64,000 bases of DNA from Acidimicrobiia bacterium (GCA_965203555.1 CBDBCY010000004.1:2080001-2144000), one strand, 5' to 3'; positions 36,465 to 45,263 are shown, counted from the stretch's first letter. The notes: a model not told the origin generated them from the letters alone. Program-made: numbers and translations.

Positions 36465-37616
36465 TTAACTCATCTCCTCTTCTATGGTTCTCATAACCTC
36501 TTCCGCCATGAAACGTCGCTGTCTTCGCCGTCCCGGATCCATCTCCGTCAGGATTCCCAGGTCTTCCAGCAGCCCCAGCATTCGGATGCTTGTGGGTCGC
36601 TTGACTCCGAGCCTGGCCTCGACGCGACGAGTGTTGATAATCGGATTTGCCAGCAGAGAGTCGACGAGGAGTACAGCCTGGCTCCGTGTGGATTCGATGA
36701 CGCGGGCCCGGTACGTCTCCCGTAGATCAATGAGACGCTCAGCTCGCCGGACGGCATCATTGGCCTGAGTCTTCACCCCGTCTAAATAGAAACGTAACCA
36801 GGCGTCCAAGTCTCCCCGCTCCCGTACGCCCTGCAGCATCGCGTAGTAGTCGTCTCGGTGTTTTTCGAAGTATGAGGACAGATAGAGCAGGGGTTGGGGA
36901 AGTCGATCCCGGATTACCAGGTGAAATACGATCAGCAACCGGCCCATCCGCCCGTTGCCATCGAGAAACGGATGGATCGTTTCGAATTGGTAGTGCAGCA
37001 ACCCGCTTTGCACCAGCACCGGAATGGAACGATTCTCATGAACGAATCGCTCCCAGTCGGACAGCAGGTGACCGAGTTCGCTGGGAGGAGGTGGTACGAA
37101 CGTGGCATTTACGATCGTTGATCCGGGCGGCCCTATCCAGTTTTGAGATGTCCGAATCTCTCCGGGGTTCCGCTCTCTTCCCCGCACTCCCATCAAAAGA
37201 GTGGCGTGCATATCACGGATGAGACGCAGACTGAAAGGAAGACTGTCGAGGTGGACAAGGCCTGCTTCCATCGCCAGGACGTAGTTCAATACCTCTTCGA
37301 TGTCGGGGCTGTTGCCGTTTCCGTCTGCTTCCGCTTCCAGGATGCCCAGCAGGCTGGCTCGGGTGCCTTCGATCCGCGCTGAGGCGACGGCTTCCCGCAG
37401 TAGGTACGGTCGGATCAGAAGATGAGGGTTGGGAAGAAGGCGACCTGCACCGGCCAGACGCCCGAGCGCCGCCTCGGCGTCGGCTACGTGCAGGACGGTG
37501 TCGTGCGCCAAGTCGATGGAGTTGGGCAGAGGACTGGGATGATAAGCTGCATACCCTTTTTTGGGGACCAAGCGCACTCCACCGTAGATAGTGTCTTTGT
37601 ACTGTTTGGGATCCAC
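36465..37616 (-). CDS. Fic family protein (Fic_N + Fic + C-terminal HTH-like region)
   Basis: EAVASARIEG inhibitory-type helix, canonical HPFLDGNGRMGR, LYLSSYFE motif; leaderless TATTCT-N8-GTG. Confidence 0.95.
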   Translation of the reverse strand: MDPKQYKDTIYGGVRLVPKKGYAAYHPSPLPNSIDLAHDTVLHVADAEAALGRLAGAGRLLPNPHLLIRPYLLREAVASARIEGTRASLLGILEAEADGNGNSPDIEEVLNYVLAMEAGLVHLDSLPFSLRLIRDMHATLLMGVRGRERNPGEIRTSQNWIGPPGSTIVNATFVPPPPSELGHLLSDWERFVHENRSIPVLVQSGLLHYQFETIHPFLDGNGRMGRLLIVFHLVIRDRLPQPLLYLSSYFEKHRDDYYAMLQGVRERGDLDAWLRFYLDGVKTQANDAVRRAERLIDLRETYRARVIESTRSQAVLLVDSLLANPIINTRRVEARLGVKRPTSIRMLGLLEDLGILTEMDPGRRRQRRFMAEEVMRTIEEEMS

Positions 37617-37632
37617 GAGGATCGAGAATAGC

Positions 37633-37815
37633 CGACTGTTACGGAAGTCGGGGTTTTCTGTTATAGTCGAGGTTCCACCGTTATGTTGTCGTTAGGGTGA
37701 GGGTGCGACTGTTACGGAAGTCGGGGTTTTCTGTTATAGTCGAGGTTCCACCGTTATGTTGTCGTTAGGGTGAGGGTGCGACTGTTACGGAAGTCGGGGT
37801 TTTCTGTTATAGTCG
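37633..37815. repeat. Tandem array: 3 x 37-bp imperfect palindrome separated by 2 identical 36-bp segments (73-bp period)
   Basis: CGACTGTTACGGAAGTCGGGGTTTTCTGTTATAGTCG at 37633, 37706 and 37779. The intervening AGGTTCCACCGTTATGTTGTCGTTAGGGTGAGGGTG occurs twice. All copies are exact. Confidence 0.97.
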
Positions 37816-37873
37816 CCTTCGCCCGATCAGGTTCCCACAGATTGTCCCTATCGGTCAATACCCTGAAGAGGGT

Positions 37874-38470
37874 ATGAAATTCGAGGCGCCGGTCCAGAAG
37901 GTGATAGACGAATTCGCCAGATTGCCGGGGATCGGGGCGAAGACCGCTCAGCGGCTGGCGTTCCATCTGATGTCGCTCCCCAAGGAAGCAGCCGAGCGTT
38001 TGGGGGAGGCGCTTTTGGAGATGACCGAAAAGGTGAAACACTGTGGCCGGTGCTTCAATCTCACCTCCGAGGAGTTGTGTTCCATATGTATGGATTCCCG
38101 AAGAGACCACACCGTGGTCTGCGTGGTGGAAAGGCCCCAGGACATTTCGGTGATCGAGCGCACCAACGAGTTTCGAGGCGGATACCACGTCTTGGGCGGC
38201 GCATTGTCGCCCCTGCGGGGGATAGGACCGGAGCAACTGCGAATCCCAGAATTGGAGAGCCGGATGGAGGCCGAGGGGATAGTGGAGTTGGTGATGGCCA
38301 CCAATCCCACCCTGGAGGGAGACGCCACCGCTCTGTATCTGGCCCGCGTCTTCAAGTCGCGGGCCGTGATCATCACGCGCCTGGCGTCCGGGCTCCCCGT
38401 GGGAGGAGACCTCGACTATGCCGACGCGATAACCCTGGGCCGCGCGCTGGCAGGCCGTCAGCAAATGTAG
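37874..38470 (+). CDS. recR: Recombination protein RecR
   Basis: LPGIGAKTAQRLAF, C4 zinc finger, YHVLGG, ATNPTLEGDATA and GLPVGGDLDYAD motifs. Confidence 0.98.
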   Translation: MKFEAPVQKVIDEFARLPGIGAKTAQRLAFHLMSLPKEAAERLGEALLEMTEKVKHCGRCFNLTSEELCSICMDSRRDHTVVCVVERPQDISVIERTNEFRGGYHVLGGALSPLRGIGPEQLRIPELESRMEAEGIVELVMATNPTLEGDATALYLARVFKSRAVIITRLASGLPVGGDLDYADAITLGRALAGRQQM

Positions 38471-38518
38471 AAGAGTCGGGTCCCTGAGTTCACCGGTGCA
38501 GGCTTTGCGGAGGATCGG

Positions 38519-39826
38519 TCAGCCCAGACGAGCGGTCATTTCTGTTCGCAGCCGGGCGGCCAGGAGAGACGAGTCGGCAGTTTGAAGTTCTCCCTCTTGC
38601 ACCACCACCTGTCCGGCAACCACCACATGCCGCGGACGGCGGCCCGGATGGGCCCAGAGGAGCCCTTCCAGCGGATCGGCGACTCCGGCGTCTTCCGGCC
38701 CGGTGATGTCATAGCAGACCAGGTCGGCGCCAGCGCCGGGTTCCAGATGTCCCAGTTCCGGTCTGCCCAACCCGCGAGCCGATCCGGCGGTGGCCGCGCT
38801 CAATAATTCCAGGGCCGTGGGTGACCGGTCCGTCAGTCCTCCCACCTGCAGCGCCAGGCGAGCATCAGACAGCAGGTTGCCCGCGTCGTTGTACCCTCCC
38901 CCGCTGGTGCCCAGGCCTACGGTGATACCTGCATCGAGCAGGGCGCCCACTTGGCAGATCCCCAATCCCATGGGAATATCGAATCCGGGCGCGTGAGTGG
39001 CCGAGGCTCCCGATTCTGCGAGTCGGGCTCTCTCCGATGCCGTTATCTCGCAGAGATGGGCAATGGTGACATCGGGTTCGAGCCAACCCCAAGCTTCCAG
39101 TAGCTCCAGTGGGCGGTGCCCATAGCGGGCCGCGGCGCGGTCCACGTCGATCTGCTCGTTGGCCTGGGTGCGACGACGCAGACCCCACTGCCGGGCGGCT
39201 TCGGCGAAGACCGCGAAAGTCTGGGGACCGTCGGAATGGACCCCCGCCGGCCCGCAGGCGATCTGCAACATCCCATCGGGACTGAGCGGCGGATATCTCT
39301 CCATCACCGCTTCCATGCCCCTGGCGATCTGTGAAGGCGAATTCCCGGCCGACCCGTAACCGAACACCAGTCTGGCGCCCAACCGGTGGGTCTCCCCCAC
39401 GGTGGCATCCACCAGATCCGCCGGCGCAACGCCCTCCGGCCAGGTGAAGTGATGGTCGGCCACGGTGGTTACCCCCGCCAACAGGCCCTCCGCCACTCCC
39501 ACTGCCGCCGCGGCCGCGGCTAGGTCGGGATCGACCGACGCTTGCCGGTAGTAGCCGGCCATCGCGGTCAGCCAGTCGGCCATGGAGAGATGCCTGGTGC
39601 CTGCAAGAGTGCGGAAGGCCGATTGCAGCAGGTGATGATGGGCGTTGACCAGCCCGGGGATCACCACGCAGCCGGAGGCATCCAGGTATTGCGCGCCCGT
39701 CTCGCCGTCCGCAGGGATCCGGTCGGGGACCACTTCGGTGACCTGGCCGTCCTTGCACACCACCGAGGCGCCCCGCAGCCTTCGGAATCCGGTCCAGACC
39801 TCTTCCGCGTTGGCGACCACCAGCAT
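38519..39826 (-). CDS. Amidohydrolase (8-oxoguanine deaminase/AtzB-like) with atypical metal-site residues
   Basis: PGLVNAHHHLLQ, GVTTVADHH and LEPGAGADL motifs; leaderless TACCAT-N7-ATG. Confidence 0.85.
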   Translation of the reverse strand: MLVVANAEEVWTGFRRLRGASVVCKDGQVTEVVPDRIPADGETGAQYLDASGCVVIPGLVNAHHHLLQSAFRTLAGTRHLSMADWLTAMAGYYRQASVDPDLAAAAAAVGVAEGLLAGVTTVADHHFTWPEGVAPADLVDATVGETHRLGARLVFGYGSAGNSPSQIARGMEAVMERYPPLSPDGMLQIACGPAGVHSDGPQTFAVFAEAARQWGLRRRTQANEQIDVDRAAARYGHRPLELLEAWGWLEPDVTIAHLCEITASERARLAESGASATHAPGFDIPMGLGICQVGALLDAGITVGLGTSGGGYNDAGNLLSDARLALQVGGLTDRSPTALELLSAATAGSARGLGRPELGHLEPGAGADLVCYDITGPEDAGVADPLEGLLWAHPGRRPRHVVVAGQVVVQEGELQTADSSLLAARLRTEMTARLG

Positions 39827-39861
39827 CAGGACGATGGTAAGCACGGTTTAACATATCTGCA

Positions 39862-40665
39862 ATGGCTGATCCTGCTTCCCGTCGACTGGAATTCCTGACC
39901 CTTCCCCAGGTGAGACAGAAGGTCGGGCCCTCATCTGTTCTGATGCTGCCGATCGGGTCGGTGGAGCAGCACGGACCTCATTTGCCCTTGACCACGGATC
40001 ACCTGATAGCCTCCGAGGCGGCGGATGCGGTGGCGGGACGCTGCGGGGAGGAACTCGATGTGTGGCTGTTGCCCACTCTGGCCGTTTCCAAGGCCAACGA
40101 ACATGCCTGGGCGCCCGGAACGCTGTGGCTGCAGGCCAGCACGCTTATGTCGGTGGTAAACGACATGGCGTCAGCGGCGGCCACCACCGGCGCCCAGCGC
40201 CTGGTATTCCTCAATTCTCACGGCGGCAACACCGCGCTGTTGGTGGTGGCATGTCGGGAGGTCCGCCTGTCCCAGGGGATGCAGACCTTTCTCCTTCATC
40301 CGTTTCTCCCCCCCGATCACGGCGGGAGGTCGACGAGCGCCCCGGTCGGCGAGTTGGGAATGGGGATCCACGGGGGTCATGACGAGACGTCGATGATGCT
40401 CCACCTCCGCCCGGACCTGGTCGACATGAGTTTGGCCAGCCGACGAGTTCCGGATCGACTGGCTGACAACCGGCATGTTCGATTCGGAGGGTCGGTGCCG
40501 TTCGGCTGGACTTCTGACGATTTCGGTCCGGACGGTCACATCGGCGATCCCACCGGCGCCACGGCCGAGCAGGGCAGAGACCTCTTCGAAGGGGCGGTGG
40601 AGATGCTCTGCGAGCAACTGGCCGAGATAGCGGTGTTCGATTTCGGAGTCGATTCACCCGGTTGA
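39862..40665 (+). CDS. Creatininase family protein
   Basis: PIGSVEQHGPHLP..D, NSHGGN, HGGHDETS and GDPTGATAEQG motifs. Confidence 0.92.
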   Translation: MADPASRRLEFLTLPQVRQKVGPSSVLMLPIGSVEQHGPHLPLTTDHLIASEAADAVAGRCGEELDVWLLPTLAVSKANEHAWAPGTLWLQASTLMSVVNDMASAAATTGAQRLVFLNSHGGNTALLVVACREVRLSQGMQTFLLHPFLPPDHGGRSTSAPVGELGMGIHGGHDETSMMLHLRPDLVDMSLASRRVPDRLADNRHVRFGGSVPFGWTSDDFGPDGHIGDPTGATAEQGRDLFEGAVEMLCEQLAEIAVFDFGVDSPG

Positions 40666-40677
40666 CGCTGGGGGCGT

Positions 40678-40845
40678 TCAGAAGGTGGCGGGCCCGATCA
40701 CCCCAGCGAGAGAAGCGTGGCCCATCCCGGCGCGGATCATGGAGGCGATTGCCCAGGTCAAAGGCGCCTGCTCCGAGGCGGGGCCGGAGTGCGTATAACT
40801 GTCAAGGGCGATGTCCGCCAGCACGTCCGTGTCCAGAAGAATCAT
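40678..40845 (-). pseudogene. Truncated PIN-domain toxin (N-terminus only)
   Basis: MILLDTDVLADIALD..HSGPASE followed by unrelated sequence; ATGA overlap with the upstream antitoxin remnant. Confidence 0.7.
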
Positions 40846-41055
40846 CGAAGGTACTTGCGGGACAGCGCTTCATAACGCGGATCGTCCGCCCGGACTGCCG
40901 GACGAAACCGGCCTCGCCAAACGTGAGGCGAAAGACCGAGTTCCTTCACCTATCACCTCCCGGAGGAACTGCTCGACGAGCGAGGACAGGGAAATGCCCC
41001 GGGAGCGGGCGTACCGCTTTGCTACCGGAATGAAGTCGGCTTCCACGGTGATGTA
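40842..41055 (-). pseudogene. Frameshifted DUF6364-like (RHH) antitoxin
   Basis: ITVEADFIPVAKRYARSRGISLSSLVEQFL..SFASR, then one extra T near 40920, then WRGRFRP..DDPRYEALSRKYLR*. The 5' end is not recognisable. Confidence 0.7.
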
Positions 41056-41184
41056 TACGGCAGGCCACACCGGGACCACCCCCGTCTCGGGGTCGGACCG
41101 TCCACCCCCTGGAAAGCTAAAATACGGGGAGCAGCGGCGGACGGAGCGTCCGCCGATAGCCCGCGACAGGACGAGTGGAGGCCC

Positions 41185-42336
41185 ATGGAAACCGGAATCT
41201 TCCTCTTTGGAGCAGTGGAGATGGATGATGCGGGCGCAGGTCCGCCGATTCCCACCGATCGCCGCTACAGCCAAAAGGACATGTGGTATGCGGCTGAGCG
41301 GATGCTTGACATGGGGGTGGTGACCGAACAGAGCGGCTTCGATATCTTCTGGTTGACCGAGCACCACTTCCAGTACGAGGGATACGAGGTGATACCCAAC
41401 GCGGTGCTGTTCGGGTCCGTGCTGGCCGAGCGGACCGAGACTCTTCGTATCGGGGCGTTGTTCAACATTGTCCCCCAGTGGAACCCCCTGCGATTCGCCG
41501 AGGACTTCGCCACGATGCATAACCTGTCAGGCGGCAGGGGGGTTCTGGGAGTGGGTCGAGGCACCGTGCCGCGAGAGGCGCAGACTCTCGGCTCCATGAT
41601 CGGAAGTCATGACAATCCCGACAAGGCCGAAGCCGATCGGATCAACCGGGAGATATTCGACGAGACGATGGACGTGATCCTGGCGGCCTTCGAGAACGAG
41701 ACATTCTCCTATCACGGGAAGCACTTTCGGTATCCCCCACCCGGGATCCCCGATCGGGGAGGGACGGTGCAGAAACTGACGCTGGTGCCCCGACCCCTGT
41801 ATCCCTACGACACCTGGCAGGCCATCACTTCGCCACCCACGTTGGAGTATGTTCCCAGGCGGGGCTGGGGAGGGGTGTTCTGGCTCAAGCACCACCGGTT
41901 CACGGTCATGTGGTGGAATCGGTTTGCCGAATTGTTCGAAGAGGCGCAGGGTGAAGCGTTGGAACCTGGTGAAAGACGGATGCTGGTCCTAAACGTTCGG
42001 GTGGAGGATACTCACGAAAAGGCGTGGGAGGCGGTCCGTGCGGGCCACGACGAGTTCTGGAAATTCCTGGGGCCCTACGGATGGAGCCGAGGTTACATGG
42101 GGGAAGACGGCAGGCCTTCTCCGCCGGGACTGATTCCCACCCTCGAACAGTCGGTGGAACAGAAGACCTGGGTGATCGGGACCGCGGAGGAAGTCGCCGA
42201 GGGCATCTCCTTCTATGCCGAGGCGCTGGGTGGTCTTAATCACCTGACCCTTTTCCCGCAAATGCCCGGAGATACCTATGACCAGTGCGCTGAACAGATT
42301 CAACGTCTGGGCCGGGAAGTCCTACCCCTTCTATAG
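41185..42336 (+). CDS. LLM class flavin-dependent oxidoreductase
   Basis: WLTEHHF, NPLRFAEDFA, LGVGRG and LVPRP motifs. Confidence 0.92.
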   Translation: METGIFLFGAVEMDDAGAGPPIPTDRRYSQKDMWYAAERMLDMGVVTEQSGFDIFWLTEHHFQYEGYEVIPNAVLFGSVLAERTETLRIGALFNIVPQWNPLRFAEDFATMHNLSGGRGVLGVGRGTVPREAQTLGSMIGSHDNPDKAEADRINREIFDETMDVILAAFENETFSYHGKHFRYPPPGIPDRGGTVQKLTLVPRPLYPYDTWQAITSPPTLEYVPRRGWGGVFWLKHHRFTVMWWNRFAELFEEAQGEALEPGERRMLVLNVRVEDTHEKAWEAVRAGHDEFWKFLGPYGWSRGYMGEDGRPSPPGLIPTLEQSVEQKTWVIGTAEEVAEGISFYAEALGGLNHLTLFPQMPGDTYDQCAEQIQRLGREVLPLL

Positions 42337-42384
42337 ATAGCGGCGCCGCCAGATGCTCTTTCTCCTTCCAGTTGCGGCGATCTG

Positions 42385-43374
42385 ATGGGTCATCAGGCCC
42401 TTGGGGAGTCCGGTCCGGTGGTAGCCGTGGTGAGCTACACCGATCGAGTCCCTTCCAAGTTGGCGGCCGTCGGAGAGGAAGCCATCTTGAAGGCGGCTTG
42501 CACACGGGAGAGGTTGGACGTCATCTTGCCGGAGGCTGAAGTCGCCCTGATCTGGAATTACAAATCGGGTCTCTTGAAGGAGTCGTGGCATCTCGCCCAC
42601 AACGTGAGCTGGGTGCATGTGGCGGCGGCGGGAGTGGACGGACCCCTGTTTCCGGGCTTGATAGAGAGCCCCGCGGTGATGACCAACGCTGCCGGGGTAT
42701 TCGACCATCCCATGGCGGAATGGACTCTCATGTTGATTCTCGCCTACGTGAAAGGGTTGTTCGACAACGTGGAGCATCAACGCCGGCGTCATTGGGCCTA
42801 CCGGGAGGTGGGAGTATTGGAAGGGCGGAAGGCGCTGATCATCGGAGCGGGTGGGATCGGCCGGGACATCGCCCGGGTGTTGGGCACGATGGGAATAGAT
42901 GTACGGGGGGTGGCGCGCAGCCGGCGCGAGGAAGATCCGGACTTCGGGACGATATATCCAGTCGAGGTTCTGAGTGATTTGCTTCCTTGGGCCGACTTCG
43001 TGATTGCGGCTCTTCCTCTGACTCCCCAAACCCTGGGGTTGCTGGGCGCCGAGCAGTTTTCGCAAATGAAGAAGACGGCCCGGTTCCTCAACGTGGGCCG
43101 CGGCGCCACCGTGGATGAAGAAGCCCTGATCCATGCCCTGCAGGCAGGGGTGATAGCCGGAGCGGCCTTGGATGTGTTCGCCACCGAGCCCCTTCCGCCC
43201 GACAGCCCCTTGTGGGATTTGCCCAATGTGTACGTGTCACCCCACATGTCGGGAAGCGGCTTCGAAGGGCGCCTGGCTGCTCAATTCCTCGACAATCTAC
43301 GCCGTTGGAAGCAAGGCCGTCCGCTGCTCAACGTGGTCGACAAACGCCTGGGCTTCGTGCCCTACCGCGGCTAG
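42385..43374 (+). CDS. D-2-hydroxyacid dehydrogenase
   Basis: AGVD, GAGGIG, LPLTPQT, NVGRG, LDVFATEP and SPHMSG motifs. Confidence 0.93.
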   Translation: MGHQALGESGPVVAVVSYTDRVPSKLAAVGEEAILKAACTRERLDVILPEAEVALIWNYKSGLLKESWHLAHNVSWVHVAAAGVDGPLFPGLIESPAVMTNAAGVFDHPMAEWTLMLILAYVKGLFDNVEHQRRRHWAYREVGVLEGRKALIIGAGGIGRDIARVLGTMGIDVRGVARSRREEDPDFGTIYPVEVLSDLLPWADFVIAALPLTPQTLGLLGAEQFSQMKKTARFLNVGRGATVDEEALIHALQAGVIAGAALDVFATEPLPPDSPLWDLPNVYVSPHMSGSGFEGRLAAQFLDNLRRWKQGRPLLNVVDKRLGFVPYRG

Positions 43375-43408
43375 GTGGGCTCTGGTCGGACGGGCGGGGG
43401 CAGGCCGA

Positions 43409-43825
43409 TCAGATGGAACCTCGCGGAACAACCCACTCATGCGGTTGGCCGGTAACCGCAGCGATGCGTTCATAGTCGGCGTCGTAGTGGATAACCGTTA
43501 GATTGTTGACCTCTGCTACCGCGGCAATGAGCAGATCGGGCAGAGGGACCCTGTGTTGACCGCGTTGGGCCAACAGGTATTGAACTTCGATGGCTCGGTC
43601 GGTTGTCTCCTGGGTTATGGGATAGGAGGGAAGGGCTCGGCGTTGGGCGAGGAGGCTTTCATAGTCGGAGAGCGACCGGGCACTGTAAAGAACTTCGAGG
43701 TCGATTATGGGAGAAGTAGCTACGAGACCGTCCAATAACAGAGGCCCCAGTCGATCTGCTACGGGTTGTCGATCCAGCCGAGCCAGGGCACTCTTGTCCG
43801 CCAGCCACAATGGTGCTACCGCCAT
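43409..43825 (-). CDS. vapC: VapC-family PIN toxin
   Basis: LADKSAL, DLEVLYSAR, PDLLIAA and HYDADY motifs. Confidence 0.92.
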   Translation of the reverse strand: MAVAPLWLADKSALARLDRQPVADRLGPLLLDGLVATSPIIDLEVLYSARSLSDYESLLAQRRALPSYPITQETTDRAIEVQYLLAQRGQHRVPLPDLLIAAVAEVNNLTVIHYDADYERIAAVTGQPHEWVVPRGSI

Positions 43826-44022
43826 GCACCCGACATGATTTGATCATCACCCAGATCGATTCCCTCCCGGGTCACCAGTCGGCGCAGGTGGCGGCGGCGT
43901 AGTTCCGCGTTGATAAGTTCCCGAAGTGACGTGTTGACGGCCTCCTTTATGGTGACCGCTCCGATCAGTTCCCGCGCTTGGTCCAGCAAACTGTCATCGA
44001 TGTCCACCAGCCTCTTGGTCAT
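43816..44022 (-). CDS. vapB: VapB-family antitoxin
   Basis: MTKRLVDIDDSLL..TIKEAVN..AWR; overlaps vapC. Confidence 0.9.
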   Translation of the reverse strand: MTKRLVDIDDSLLDQARELIGAVTIKEAVNTSLRELINAELRRRHLRRLVTREGIDLGDDQIMSGAWR

Positions 44023-44031
44023 ACCTGTCTA

Positions 44032-44062
44032 GTATATATAAACAATAGGAGTTTGTATATAC
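44032..44062. promoter_or_regulatory. vapBC operator (12-bp inverted repeat over the -10 element)
   Basis: GTATATATAAAC-N7-GTTTGTATATAC (11/12 complementary) overlapping the TATACT -10 of the leaderless vapB. Confidence 0.75.
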
Positions 44063-44094
44063 AGATGACGGAGAGGCTGGTGGAGTGCAGCTGC

Positions 44095-44811
44095 TCACAG
44101 ACTGCGGCCGCCTTCGATGACGATCACCTGGCCGGTGATAAAGGAGGACTTGTCTGAGCAGAGGAAGGCGATCAGGTCGGCGATCTCTTCAGGCTGGGCG
44201 GCCCTTTGCAGGGGAGTGCTCTTGACCAGCATTGCCTTCACCTCCGGCGGCATGGATCGGGTCATGGCCGTTTCGGTGAGGCCCGGTGCCACGGCGTTGC
44301 AGCGAACCTTCGGCGCCAGTTCACGGGCAAACGCCCTGGTCATGCCCACCAGACCTCCCTTGGACATGCCGTAGTTGAACTGGCCGAAGCTTCCCAGGTA
44401 AGCCCGGGAGGAAAGACTCACCACCGCCGATCCTTCCCCCAGGTGAGGGATCAGCCGCCGGGTGAGAAGATACGAGGCGCCAAGATTGACGCCTATCACC
44501 GACGTGAAATCTTCTCCGGTCATCTTCACCAACCGGACATCCCGGATGATCCCGGCATTGTTGATCAGCGCCGAGACTTCCCCACCTCGATGCAGCACTT
44601 CCTCGGCCACGCTTTCCCTTCCCTGCTCGGTGAAAAGGTCGGCCACCAGCCCGGTGGTGTCATCTCCACTGCCGAGGTCGGCGGCCGTTTCCATCACGGT
44701 GGGATCAAGATCCACCATCAAAGCGTGATATCCGTCCTCGACCAGTCGCGAGGAGATCGCCCTGCCGATACCCCGGGCTGCGCCGGTAACCACGGCGGTT
44801 GGTCTGGTCAT
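44095..44811 (-). CDS. SDR 3-oxoacyl-(ACP/CoA) reductase (FabG-like)
   Basis: TGAARGIG, NNAGIIRD, YGMSKGG and NAVAPG motifs. Confidence 0.92.
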   Translation of the reverse strand: MTRPTAVVTGAARGIGRAISSRLVEDGYHALMVDLDPTVMETAADLGSGDDTTGLVADLFTEQGRESVAEEVLHRGGEVSALINNAGIIRDVRLVKMTGEDFTSVIGVNLGASYLLTRRLIPHLGEGSAVVSLSSRAYLGSFGQFNYGMSKGGLVGMTRAFARELAPKVRCNAVAPGLTETAMTRSMPPEVKAMLVKSTPLQRAAQPEEIADLIAFLCSDKSSFITGQVIVIEGGRSL

Positions 44812-45263
44812 GGGAGTGCTCTCGCCAGATGGGTTGAACCGAGGCGGATCAATTCTCCGGTGGTGCCCGGACGGTCGAGCAGCCGGGCGATCCAAGTGGC
44901 GACCACCTGTGGATCCGTGTGTTCATCCGTGGCCACCACGTTGGCCGGTATTCCCGCCCGGACGGTCTCCTGGGCGAGGTCACGCGCCGCCGAGAGCAGG
45001 CCGGTCGCCACCATGGCTTTGCCGGCGCCCCGTCTTCCCAGCAGATCGGCGCTGTCCACAACATAGACCACCGGCGCTCCTGCTCGGGCAGCTTCCCGGG
45101 AGAGCATGAACGCTTCCGTCATCTCGTCCAGTACCTCCTCCCAGTCATCACCCAGGGTCTGATCGGCCCAAAACACCAGACCCTGGGAGGATGTACCGGG
45201 CTCGACTCCAGCCCGGGCCAGCCGCTCCTGCCAGTCGGGAGCAGCCCGAAGATAACTTTGCAT
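44808..45263 (-). CDS. Hypothetical protein resembling a degenerate SDR half-domain
   Basis: LLSAARDLAQE..GIPANVVA..TGELIRL echoes an SDR C-terminal half without TGxxxGxG or YxxxK; ATGA-coupled to the SDR. Confidence 0.65.
   Translation of the reverse strand: MQSYLRAAPDWQERLARAGVEPGTSSQGLVFWADQTLGDDWEEVLDEMTEAFMLSREAARAGAPVVYVVDSADLLGRRGAGKAMVATGLLSAARDLAQETVRAGIPANVVATDEHTDPQVVATWIARLLDRPGTTGELIRLGSTHLARALP

Noticed and set aside
37633-37815. Calling the array a canonical CRISPR
   Set aside because: The two spacers are identical and share GTTA boxes with the repeat. There is no cas gene or AT-rich leader in the window, and no typical repeat end such as GAAAC/GAAAG. Reported as a tandem repeat instead.
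37754-38464. 236-aa minus-strand ORF running into the repeat array
   Set aside because: It is the antisense shadow of recR.
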